This document shows, piece by piece, positions 17,916-24,696 of a stretch of 32,000 nucleotides of DNA. The position numbers and the translations under genes are program-made. The notes below the pieces were generated by a model. That model had not been told where the DNA came from, did not search any database, and was given only the letters and a program-made list of their open reading frames with translations. How positions within the stretch are numbered: position 1 is the first letter of the stretch; each line of letters opens with the position of its first letter. The stretch is from assembly GCF_000025685.1 (NCBI RefSeq), contig NC_013967.1:1710001-1742000 (forward strand). Reading direction: 5' to 3'. Source of the DNA: Haloferax volcanii DS2 (lineage in GTDB: Archaea; Halobacteriota; Halobacteria; Halobacteriales; Haloferacaceae).

Positions 17916-19421
17916 ATGGTAGAGGCCCCACAGACCGACGAGGGCTGGTTCGCGCTGCACGACTTCCGAACCGTCGACTGGGACGCGTGGCGTGATGCGC
18001 CCGACCGCGAGCGCCGCCGCGCAATCGAGGAGGGCGTCGCGTACCTCGACGCCCACGAGGCGGTCGAGGACGCCGAGGCGGGCGCGTCCGCCGTCTTCTC
18101 CGTGCTCGGCCACAAGGCGGACTTCGTGGTCGTCCACTTCCGGCCGACGCTCGACGACATCTCCCGCGCCGAACGGCAGTTCGAGCGGACCGCGCTCGCG
18201 GCCTTCACCGAGCAGCCGACCTCCTACGTCTCCGTCACCGAGGTGTCCGGTTACGTCTCGGACGACTACTTCGAGGGTAACGAGGAGGACATCGACGCCG
18301 GCCTGCTGCGCTACATCGAGGGCAAGCTCAAGCCCGACATCCCGGAGGACACCTACATGTCCTTCTACCCGATGTCGAAGCGCCGCGGCGAGGAGCACAA
18401 CTGGTACGACCTCTCGTTCGACGAGCGCCGCGACCTGATGTCCACCCACGGCGACACCGGCCGGCAGTACGCCGGGAAAATCAAGCAGGTCATCGCCTCC
18501 TCGGTCGGCTTCGACGACTACGAGTGGGGCGTCACCCTGTTCGGTGACGACCCGACCGACATCAAGGACATCGTCTACGAGATGCGCTTCGACGAGGTGT
18601 CCTCGAAGTACGGCGAGTTCGGCCAGTTCTACGTCGGCCGGCGCTTCCCGCCGTCGGACCTCGGCGCGTTCCTCGCGGGCGACGGCGTCCCGACGAGCGA
18701 GTTCGGCGACGAGTCCCACCACGGTGCGCACGCGCACGGTGAGGGCGGCCACCACGGCGAGGGTGGCGACGGTCACCACCATCACGACGACGGCGACGGC
18801 GACCACCCCCACGGCGACGACGGCGACGAGGCCGCAGACGAGGACATCCGCGGTCAGCTCGAAGATCTGAACATCTACGCCGGCAAGCCCCACGGCGAGG
18901 ACGTGTACGCGACGGTCCTCTACTCCGAGGCCGACGCCGACGAGCTGTTCGAGGAGGTCGAGGGCCTCCGCGGTAACTTCGACCACTATCCGACGCACGT
19001 CAAGACGGCCGTCTACGAGGCAAACGAGCGCGGTCGGGTCGCCGTCGTCTCCATCTGGGAGACGGCGTCGGCCGCCGAGACCGCCGCGGGCTTCCTCTCG
19101 GAGCTTCCCGGCATCGTCGAGCGCGCCGGCGAGGGGTCCGGCTTCGGCACGATGGGGATGTTCTACACCGTCAAGTCCGAACACCGCGGCGACTTCGTCG
19201 AGAAGTTCGGCACCGTCGGTGGCCTCCTCGAAGAGATGGACGGCCACTTCGACACGGACCTGATGGTCAACGTCGAGGACGAAGACGACATGTTCATCGC
19301 CAGCCAGTGGCGCTCGCAGGACGACGCCATGGAGTTCTTCCGCTCCGACGCGTTCCGCGACACGGTCCAGTGGGGCCGCGACGTGCTCGCGGACCGCCCG
19401 CGACACGTGTTCTTAGCGTAA
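17916..19421 (+). CDS. pitA: chlorite-dismutase-family (HemQ-like) / antibiotic-biosynthesis-monooxygenase fusion protein PitA
   Basis: The N-terminal half resembles Cld/HemQ (WFALHDFRTVDW..., MSFYPMSKRR). A His-rich linker (about 18717-18830) follows, and the C-terminal half is ABM-like (MFYTVKSEHRGDFVEKF...). This architecture is known from Haloferax volcanii PitA. Confidence 0.9.
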   Translation: MVEAPQTDEGWFALHDFRTVDWDAWRDAPDRERRRAIEEGVAYLDAHEAVEDAEAGASAVFSVLGHKADFVVVHFRPTLDDISRAERQFERTALAAFTEQPTSYVSVTEVSGYVSDDYFEGNEEDIDAGLLRYIEGKLKPDIPEDTYMSFYPMSKRRGEEHNWYDLSFDERRDLMSTHGDTGRQYAGKIKQVIASSVGFDDYEWGVTLFGDDPTDIKDIVYEMRFDEVSSKYGEFGQFYVGRRFPPSDLGAFLAGDGVPTSEFGDESHHGAHAHGEGGHHGEGGDGHHHHDDGDGDHPHGDDGDEAADEDIRGQLEDLNIYAGKPHGEDVYATVLYSEADADELFEEVEGLRGNFDHYPTHVKTAVYEANERGRVAVVSIWETASAAETAAGFLSELPGIVERAGEGSGFGTMGMFYTVKSEHRGDFVEKFGTVGGLLEEMDGHFDTDLMVNVEDEDDMFIASQWRSQDDAMEFFRSDAFRDTVQWGRDVLADRPRHVFLA

Positions 19422-19529
19422 CTTCGCGACCATCGGGAGCGGGATGAGGAACCCCCATCGGGGGTGACGAACCTTTTCGTCCAGGTTTTGCCAGCGAGCG
19501 GAGCGAGCGCAGGAAAAGGTGGCGTGTGC

Positions 19530-19568
19530 GTGCTGGCTGACCGCCCGCGACATGTGTTCCTCGCCTGA
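19530..19568 (+). repeat. in-frame duplicate of the pitA 3' terminus (encodes VLADRPRHVFLA*)
   Basis: 32 of 39 nt are identical to 19383-19421. All 7 differences are synonymous or stop-to-stop. The copy is in the pitA reading frame, 108 nt after the pitA TAA. Confidence 0.9.
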
Positions 19569-19601
19569 CGCGGGAACGCCGAAAATCAGACTGCGGCTTC
19601 T

Positions 19602-19850
19602 CTACGCGAGCGCGGCGCGAACGTCTCGAAGCTTCGGGCGCACTTTGTCGGTGCCGACGTTGTACGCGAAGTACAGCGCCACCGCGCCCATCACGACCGC
19701 CCACACGGCGATTTCGACGTTGCCCTGTTCGAAGGTGACGAAGGCGAACCGCTCGATGTACGCGCCGGCGAGGGAAAGCCCCGCGCTGCCGAGGCCGAAG
19801 ACGAGGAGTTCGAGGAGGTCCGGGAGCACGTCGACGAGTGAACTACGCAT
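19602..19850 (-). CDS. small membrane protein (82 aa, 2 TM)
   Basis: Track ORF 19602..20054 trimmed to ATG 19850 (MRSSLVDVLPDLLELLVFGLG...). The upstream part is basic and non-coding-like. Confidence 0.55.
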   Translation of the reverse strand: MRSSLVDVLPDLLELLVFGLGSAGLSLAGAYIERFAFVTFEQGNVEIAVWAVVMGAVALYFAYNVGTDKVRPKLRDVRAALA

Positions 19851-20130
19851 GGTCGTCCCGAACTCGGTCGAGCGTTGTGTCTTTTTTGGTCTCGCAGCGG
19901 CTTCGGGTCCGTCCGAAAGTCGGTCCACTCGTCTATCCCACACCACGGTGATAACTCCAAGAGGGGCGAATTTCGGGTGACGGCGCGGACATCGCGGGAG
20001 CGAACCGAACCGACTCGTTCGAGGACTGTCGGTCGAGCGTGTTGCTTGAAACACAAAAACCGCGTCGGAACGAGACGGCTTCGTTGCCGCTGCCGTCGTC
20101 GTTTCGGGTCCTTTTTCCGGCGGTCGCGCC

Positions 20131-20301
20131 TCAGCGTCCGTCGCGGACGTATTTCGCGGCCCCGACGACGCCGGTGAGGAGGGTCAGCGCAATCCACTTG
20201 CCGGCGTCGTCGCCGCGCTTCTTGGCGTCGAGGCTGACCAGCCACGCGAGCGCGACGTGGGCGACCGCGGTGACGCCGAGGAGGGTTTTCAGGCGACCCA
20301 T
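20131..20301 (-). CDS. 56-aa membrane protein, PLD-N-terminal-domain-like (below the track's size cutoff)
   Basis: Translates to MGRLKTLLGVTAVAHVALAWLVSLDAKKRGDDAGKWIALTLLTGVVGAAKYVRDGR*. Third positions are very GC-rich. Its ATG overlaps the TGA of the upstream aldo/keto reductase (ATGA at 20299-20303). Confidence 0.55.
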   Translation of the reverse strand: MGRLKTLLGVTAVAHVALAWLVSLDAKKRGDDAGKWIALTLLTGVVGAAKYVRDGR

Positions 20302-21374
20302 CAGGCTTCGTTGCGCGCGCCTTTCGCGACGCGCTTGTCGAGGCCGGCCGCGCGGATGTCGTCCCCGTCGACCGACGAGCGGAGCGCGTCCATGCCGTCG
20401 AAGCGGTCGATGCCGAAGTTGTCCGCGTACAGTTCCTCGACGCGGGTCATCTCCCCGTCGGTGAGCTTCGGCACGTCAGAGGCCTTCGCCCACTCGTCGA
20501 TGTCGGCTTTCGTGCGGAACGTCGGCGTGACGGCCGCGGTCTCGTCGTAGCCGAGGAGGTAGGCGATGGACGCCTGCGCCATCGTCCGCTCGCCGTCGCG
20601 TTCGAGGAAGCGGAGTTGTTCGAGCTTCTCCCAGCCCGTCTCGTACCACTCGTCGGGGCGGAAGCCGCGGTGGTCGCCGGAGCCGAGTTCGGTCTCGGGG
20701 CGGACCTGCTCGTTCAGGAGGCCCGAGGAGTGCGGCACGCGGGCGATGAGACTCGTCGAGGAGCCGGTCTCGCGGATGGTGTCGAGGAAGTGGTTACCCA
20801 CGTCCTGCTCGAAGGCGTTCCAGACGATTTGGAGCGCGTCGAACTCCTCTTCGATGGCCACGTCGCCTTCGGCCAGCCAGCCGATGGAGGGGCCGAGCGC
20901 CCAGCCGGTGGCCTCGATGAGACCCTCCTCTTTCAGTTCGTCGAGGGCTTCGAGCACGTCGGGCGTGACCTCGTCGACGTTCGCGTTGTGGAGTTGCAGG
21001 AGGTCGACGTACTCCATGTCGAGGCGTTCGAGGCTCTTTTCGGTCGCCTCGCGGACCCACTCGCCGGTGATTTCCTTGGGGAGTTCGCCGTGGCCGGCCT
21101 GCGGGTTGTTGTAGAAGTCGTAGCCGATTTTGGTGGCGACGGTGACCTCGTCGCGGTAGTCGGCGAGCGCCTCGCCGACGACCTCCTCGGAGTGGCCGTG
21201 GCCGTACACGTCGCCCGTGTCGAAGAAGTCGATGCCCTGCTCGATGGCGTGGTGGAGCATCTCGATGGAGTCTTCGTCCGAGCGGTCGCCCCACCAGTCG
21301 GTCCCGACGACCCACGCACCGAAGCCGACCTCGCTGACTTCGATTCCGGAGGTGCCGAGTTCGCGGTAGTGCAT
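20301..21374 (-). CDS. aldo/keto reductase
   Basis: MHYRELGTSGIEVSEVGFGAW N-terminus, DTGDVYGHGHSEE motif and a C-terminal extension; 357 aa. Confidence 0.9.
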   Translation of the reverse strand: MHYRELGTSGIEVSEVGFGAWVVGTDWWGDRSDEDSIEMLHHAIEQGIDFFDTGDVYGHGHSEEVVGEALADYRDEVTVATKIGYDFYNNPQAGHGELPKEITGEWVREATEKSLERLDMEYVDLLQLHNANVDEVTPDVLEALDELKEEGLIEATGWALGPSIGWLAEGDVAIEEEFDALQIVWNAFEQDVGNHFLDTIRETGSSTSLIARVPHSSGLLNEQVRPETELGSGDHRGFRPDEWYETGWEKLEQLRFLERDGERTMAQASIAYLLGYDETAAVTPTFRTKADIDEWAKASDVPKLTDGEMTRVEELYADNFGIDRFDGMDALRSSVDGDDIRAAGLDKRVAKGARNEA

Positions 21375-21563
21375 GGCCGGCCCTACGAATTGGGGCGACT
21401 TATTCCGTGTGTTTTGTTCCCGTACGCTGGGAATCCCGCCGCGCGCGGGCGCTCGGATTTCCGTTCACCAACGGTCGAAACCAGCCAGTATTGCCCGGAG
21501 GAAGCCTGACGCGCGGTTCGCACAACCGAATCCATTTGAATCTCGACGGCTTACGACGGTGCA

Positions 21564-22481
21564 ATGACGAAGGTCCACGTTTCGCTTCCGGAGGACGCCG
21601 AAGAAGGCTTACAGGCGTTCATTGACGAGGTCGACGGTCGGCTCGCCTCGGACGAAGACACCTGTACGGTCGTTCGGGACACCCTCATCGACCTGTTCGG
21701 CGACCGCGAGGCGTGGGAGCGCTGGCAGAACGGCAAGCCCGTCTCGCCCGCGACGCGGGTTCGACTACAAGGGTACGACCCCTGTAACGCGACGCTCGAA
21801 GCCGAGTACTACGCCGAGAAAGACGAGGCGAAGTTCAAGCGCTCGAAGCACCTCCAGTGGCTCTGGCGGCAGTTCGACGCGACGCCGATGGCCGACAACG
21901 TCGCCTTCGCCCTCCGGTTCCGACAGACGCTCGCGGACCACCTGTTCGCGGAGGCCGGCGACAACCTCCGCATCTTCAAGGGCGTCACGTTCTCCTACGG
22001 TCACAACATCTCCGTCGGTGACAACACGGTCATCCACGACGACGTCCACCTCGACGACCGCGGGAAACTCACTATCGGCGACCGCGTCTCCATCTCCGAC
22101 AGCGCCCACATATACAGCCACTCGCACGACACCGTCGACCAGACCGAGGTCAGAAACTACCACACGACCATCGGCGACGACGCGCGCGTCACCTACGACG
22201 CCATGGTGAACGCCGGCGTCTCGGTCGGTGAGAACGCCATCGTCGGCGCGCGGTCGGTCGTCCAGGGCGACGTGCCCGCCCACCACATCGCGGTCGGCTC
22301 GCCCGCCAAGAGCGTGAAAGTAAAGCCGGGCTTCGAAGAGGTCGCTGAACCGCTCGACGCCGGGGGCGAGCGCCGCGCCGACGAGCGCGAGATTCCCTAC
22401 GAACTCCCAGACGACATCGAGGCATTCGACGAGTTCGACCGCGACCTCGACGGCCCGGTGGACTCCCACCGGCGCGAGTAA
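21564..22481 (+). CDS. hexapeptide-repeat (LbH) acyl/acetyltransferase with N-terminal extension
   Basis: Left-handed beta-helix repeats (ISVGDNTVIHDDVHLDD..IGDRVSISDSAHIYSHSHD..IGDDARVTYDAMVNAGVSVGENAIVGARSVV), similar to maltose/galactoside O-acetyltransferases. Confidence 0.8.
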   Translation: MTKVHVSLPEDAEEGLQAFIDEVDGRLASDEDTCTVVRDTLIDLFGDREAWERWQNGKPVSPATRVRLQGYDPCNATLEAEYYAEKDEAKFKRSKHLQWLWRQFDATPMADNVAFALRFRQTLADHLFAEAGDNLRIFKGVTFSYGHNISVGDNTVIHDDVHLDDRGKLTIGDRVSISDSAHIYSHSHDTVDQTEVRNYHTTIGDDARVTYDAMVNAGVSVGENAIVGARSVVQGDVPAHHIAVGSPAKSVKVKPGFEEVAEPLDAGGERRADEREIPYELPDDIEAFDEFDRDLDGPVDSHRRE

Positions 22482-22564
22482 CTCGTTTCGACGCGAACCC
22501 GCCGCGTCGACATCGCCCGCGACCACCGCCGAGAGCGTCAGCAGACCCGTTCGACCGAAGAACC

Positions 22565-22571
22565 GATATAG
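22565..22571 (+). promoter_or_regulatory. TATA-like box (GATATAG)
   Basis: About 28 nt upstream of the ATG at 22596. Confidence 0.45.
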
Positions 22572-22595
22572 CATGCTAACGTAAGTCAATGTGTG

Positions 22596-22892
22596 ATGGA
22601 CTCCTGGGGTTGGATCGTCGTCTACGCCCTCGGGTTGACCCTGCTCCAGCTTCTGGTCTATCGATACCTCGTCAACGGTGGTGAGCCGACGGTAGGCGAG
22701 GGGTCCGGCCGGGACTCCGCCCGAACGGACCGCTACACCCACCCCGAAATCGCGGCGTCGCTCGACGACGGCTCGCAGGTCGGCGTACAGACGACGCCGA
22801 CGGGCGAGCGCATCTGCCCGAACTGCGGGGCCGAAAACGAGGCCGACACCACCTTCGACCTCTGCTGGAACTGCACCCGACGGCTCCGCTGA
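22596..22892 (+). CDS. small membrane-anchored zinc-ribbon protein
   Basis: N-terminal TM helix (WGWIVVYALGLTLLQLLVY) and a C-terminal CPNCG...CWNC four-Cys ribbon. The ATG lies one codon inside the track's GTG start. Confidence 0.65.
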   Translation: MDSWGWIVVYALGLTLLQLLVYRYLVNGGEPTVGEGSGRDSARTDRYTHPEIAASLDDGSQVGVQTTPTGERICPNCGAENEADTTFDLCWNCTRRLR

Positions 22893-22911
22893 CGACTCGT
22901 AGCCGAGTCCG

Positions 22912-22917
22912 TTTTAT
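22912..22917 (+). promoter_or_regulatory. TATA-like box (TTTTAT)
   Basis: About 28 nt upstream of the ATG at 22943 of the 59-aa ORF. Confidence 0.4.
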
Positions 22918-22942
22918 CAGCCCTCGCCTAACTACGCGTATC

Positions 22943-23122
22943 ATGGCCGACGACGACGAACTCCACGGCGAAATCGACGCGCTCGCCCGCGACATCGAGC
23001 GGGCGATTCTCGAATTCGACTCGGCCCTCGAACGCCACGCGATGATTCGACAGACCGCCCGCGAGCCGGTGTTCCGCTCGGAGTCACCGGAGTTCGACGA
23101 CGTGCAGAACCTGTTTTTCTGA
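22943..23122 (+). CDS. 59-aa acidic protein (below the track's size cutoff)
   Basis: Translates to MADDDELHGEIDALARDIERAILEFDSALERHAMIRQTAREPVFRSESPEFDDVQNLFF*. GC3 bias is strong, the sequence looks helical and acidic, and a TATA-like box lies at -28. Confidence 0.55.
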   Translation: MADDDELHGEIDALARDIERAILEFDSALERHAMIRQTAREPVFRSESPEFDDVQNLFF

Positions 23123-23172
23123 GTCGGCGGCGCGGGTTACGATTCGAAGACGAGAGTTTGTACGCCGACCGG

Positions 23173-23277
23173 GAGTCCCGCGAGTGGAGCGACCGGGAAT
23201 TGAACCTCACTCGCAACGCTCCGCGTTGCTCGCTGCTTCAATTCCCTCGGGCCGCATCTCTTCACTCCACGGGACTC
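23173..23277. repeat. nested inverted-repeat (foldback) element containing a 17-nt copy of the tRNA-Gly 3' part
   Basis: Three stems: gggaattgaa (23195-23204) with ttcaattccc (23237-23246); gcaacgc with gcgttgc (23213-23229); and gagtcccg..gtggag (23173-23189) with ctccacgggactc (23265-23277). The 17-mer cgaccgggaattgaacc at 23190-23206 equals 23321-23337. Confidence 0.85.
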
Positions 23278-23315
23278 GGAGCCTCGCGGCTCCTCGTCCG
23301 GTTCCGTTCAGAAGA

Positions 23316-23386
23316 TGCGCCGACCGGGAATTGAACCCGGGCTCCGAGCTTGGGAAGCTCGTGTCCTACCACTGGACCATCGGCGC
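23316..23386 (-). tRNA. tRNA-Gly (anticodon CCC)
   Basis: Sequence is GCGCCGATGGTCCAGTGGTAGGACACGAGCTTCCCAAGCTCGGAGCCCGGGTTCAATTCCCGGTCGGCGCA. It folds as a 71-nt cloverleaf: 7-bp acceptor, GTCC/GGAC D stem, CGAGC/GCTCG anticodon stem with loop TTCCCAA, and CCGGG/CCCGG T stem. No encoded CCA. Confidence 0.9.
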
Positions 23387-23400
23387 GCTACGCTTCGCTT
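23378..23400. repeat. 23-bp direct repeat, copy 1 (catcggcgcgctacgcttcgctt; spans the tRNA-Gly 5' end plus flank)
   Basis: Identical 23-mer recurs at 23653-23675. Confidence 0.95.
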
Positions 23401-23435
23401 GCGCCCCTGACTCGACCTCGCTCTGCTCGGTCGAC

Positions 23436-23652
23436 CATCGGCGCTCACATTCGTTCGCCCCGCGCGTTGTCTCACTTCGCTCGACAACACATCGGCGCTC
23501 ACATTCGTTCGCCCCGCGCGTTGTCTCACTTCGCTCGACAACACATCGGGCGCTCACATTCGTTCGCCCCGCGCGTTGTCTCACTTCGCTCGACAACACA
23601 TCGGCGCTCACATTCGTTCGCCCCGCGCGTTGTCTCACTTCGCTCGACAACA
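23436..23652. repeat. four head-to-tail 54/55-bp tandem repeats
   Basis: Units at 23436-23489, 23490-23543, 23544-23598 (one extra g) and 23599-23652. The consensus is catcggcgctcacattcgttcgccccgcgcgttgtctcacttcgctcgacaaca. There are no spacers between units. Confidence 0.95.
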
Positions 23653-23675
23653 CATCGGCGCGCTACGCTTCGCTT
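23653..23675. repeat. 23-bp direct repeat, copy 2
   Basis: Identical to 23378-23400. Confidence 0.95.
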
Positions 23676-23692
23676 CGAACCGCCTTCCGAAG

Positions 23693-23700
23693 CAAAAATT
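23693..23700 (-). promoter_or_regulatory. TATA-like box (AATTTTTG on the minus strand), candidate displaced tRNA-Gly promoter
   Basis: This is the only AT-rich element upstream of tRNA-Gly. It lies 32-39 nt from the distal copy of the tRNA 5' end (equivalent position 23661) but about 310 nt from the real tRNA. Confidence 0.35.
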
Positions 23701-23824
23701 CGTAGACTTCGGGGGCACTTGAACGTAGCGCTTCACCCCATCGCGCCCCCGAGAAAACTGGACACTCGTCCATTGTTTTCGCGTGACACGTGGCTATTTG
23801 GGCTCCCGGTTCCAAGCGAGGCCC

Positions 23825-24655
23825 ATGACATCCGTCGACGTTCTCTCGGAGGACGCCCCGTTCGACCTCCTGTTGTCCGACGAGGAACTCGAAGCGCACC
23901 GCGAGCACATCACGACCTTCATCGAAGACACCGTCGAGGCCGCCGGTGCCGACGGGGCCGTTATCGGACTGTCCGGTGGTATCGACTCGACGCTCACCGC
24001 CTTCCTCGCCGTCGAGGCGCTCGGAAAGGAGAGCCTCCACGGGCTCGTCATGCCGAGCGTGGCGAACGACGAGGACATGATGAGCGACGCCGAGGGCGTC
24101 GCCGAGATGCTGGGCATCGAGTACGACGTGGTCGAAATCCAGCCCATCGCCGAGACGTTCTTCGACACGTTCCCCGAGGCGGCCGACGACCGCATGGCCG
24201 CCGGAAACGTCTACGTCCGCACGCGAGCGGTGCTCAACTACTTCGTCGCCAATCACGAGAACCGCATCGTGCTCGGAACGGGTAACCGCGCGGAGGCGAT
24301 GACCGGTTACTTCACGAAGTACGGCGACCAGGCGGTCGACTGCAACCCCATCGGGAACCTCTACAAACAGCAGGTCCGCCAGCTGGCCGCCCACGTCGGC
24401 GTGCCGGAAGACCTCGTGTTACAGACGCCCTCTGCCGAGATGTGGTCCGGCCAGACCGACGAGGGCGAACTCGGCCTCACGTACGACGCGCTGGACGCGA
24501 TTCTCGCGCTCCACGTCGACGGCCCGCTCTCGAAGTCCGCGACGGTTCGCCACCTCGGCGTGACCGAAGAACAGGTCGACCGCGTGGTCGGACTCGTCGA
24601 GGGCAGCGTCCACAAGCGGTCGATGCCGCCCGCGCCGTCGGCGCTCGACGTGTAG
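23825..24655 (+). CDS. nadE: NH3-dependent NAD+ synthetase
   Basis: GLSGGIDSTL PP-loop and C-terminal NadE motifs (GTGNRAE, YFTKYGD). Start set to ATG 23825 (MTSVDVL...). Confidence 0.9.
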   Translation: MTSVDVLSEDAPFDLLLSDEELEAHREHITTFIEDTVEAAGADGAVIGLSGGIDSTLTAFLAVEALGKESLHGLVMPSVANDEDMMSDAEGVAEMLGIEYDVVEIQPIAETFFDTFPEAADDRMAAGNVYVRTRAVLNYFVANHENRIVLGTGNRAEAMTGYFTKYGDQAVDCNPIGNLYKQQVRQLAAHVGVPEDLVLQTPSAEMWSGQTDEGELGLTYDALDAILALHVDGPLSKSATVRHLGVTEEQVDRVVGLVEGSVHKRSMPPAPSALDV

Positions 24656-24696
24656 GTCGCCGCGGCTCTGCCGACCAGCCGACCCGCCCGCGGAAT

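Noticed and set aside
17904-19406. 500-aa minus-strand ORF covering pitA; similarly 7923..8849 antisense to thiL
   Set aside because: These are mirror frames of strongly supported genes, with a low-complexity Val/Ala/Arg/Gly/Asp composition.
19422-19540. C/D-box sRNA in the pitA downstream spacer (GGATGAGG ... CTGA)
   Set aside because: The C box is imperfect (GAUGAG rather than UGAUGA). No D' or C' pair is evident, and the box spacing of about 93 nt is too long for archaeal C/D sRNAs.
21429-21462. Imperfect inverted repeat gggaatcc...ggatttcc in the divergent reductase/acetyltransferase promoter region
   Set aside because: The arms are mismatched and GC-rich and there is no second copy, so it cannot be distinguished from chance.
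23184-23206. Second tRNA gene (or intron-containing or split tRNA) suggested by GGTTCAATTCCCGGTCGCTCCA on the minus strand
   Set aside because: Only the T loop and 3' T-stem/acceptor part are present. The 5' T-stem strand (TGAGG) does not pair, and no D or anticodon arms could be built. It is treated as a partial duplicate inside a foldback.
23436-23652. CRISPR array interpretation of the 54-bp repeats
   Set aside because: The units are directly adjacent with no unique spacers, the unit length is atypical, and there are no cas genes or leader in the window.
23350-24285. ORFs translating the 54-bp tandem repeats (23184..23705, 23350..24285, 23366..23653, 23308..23544)
   Set aside because: The repeating peptide (HRRSHSFAPRVVSLRSTT or LSSEVRQRAGRTNVSA) is a by-product of the DNA repeat. 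One unit is 55 bp, which breaks the frame periodicity. These ORFs overlap the tRNA and nadE, and their basic composition is unlike the acidic local proteome.
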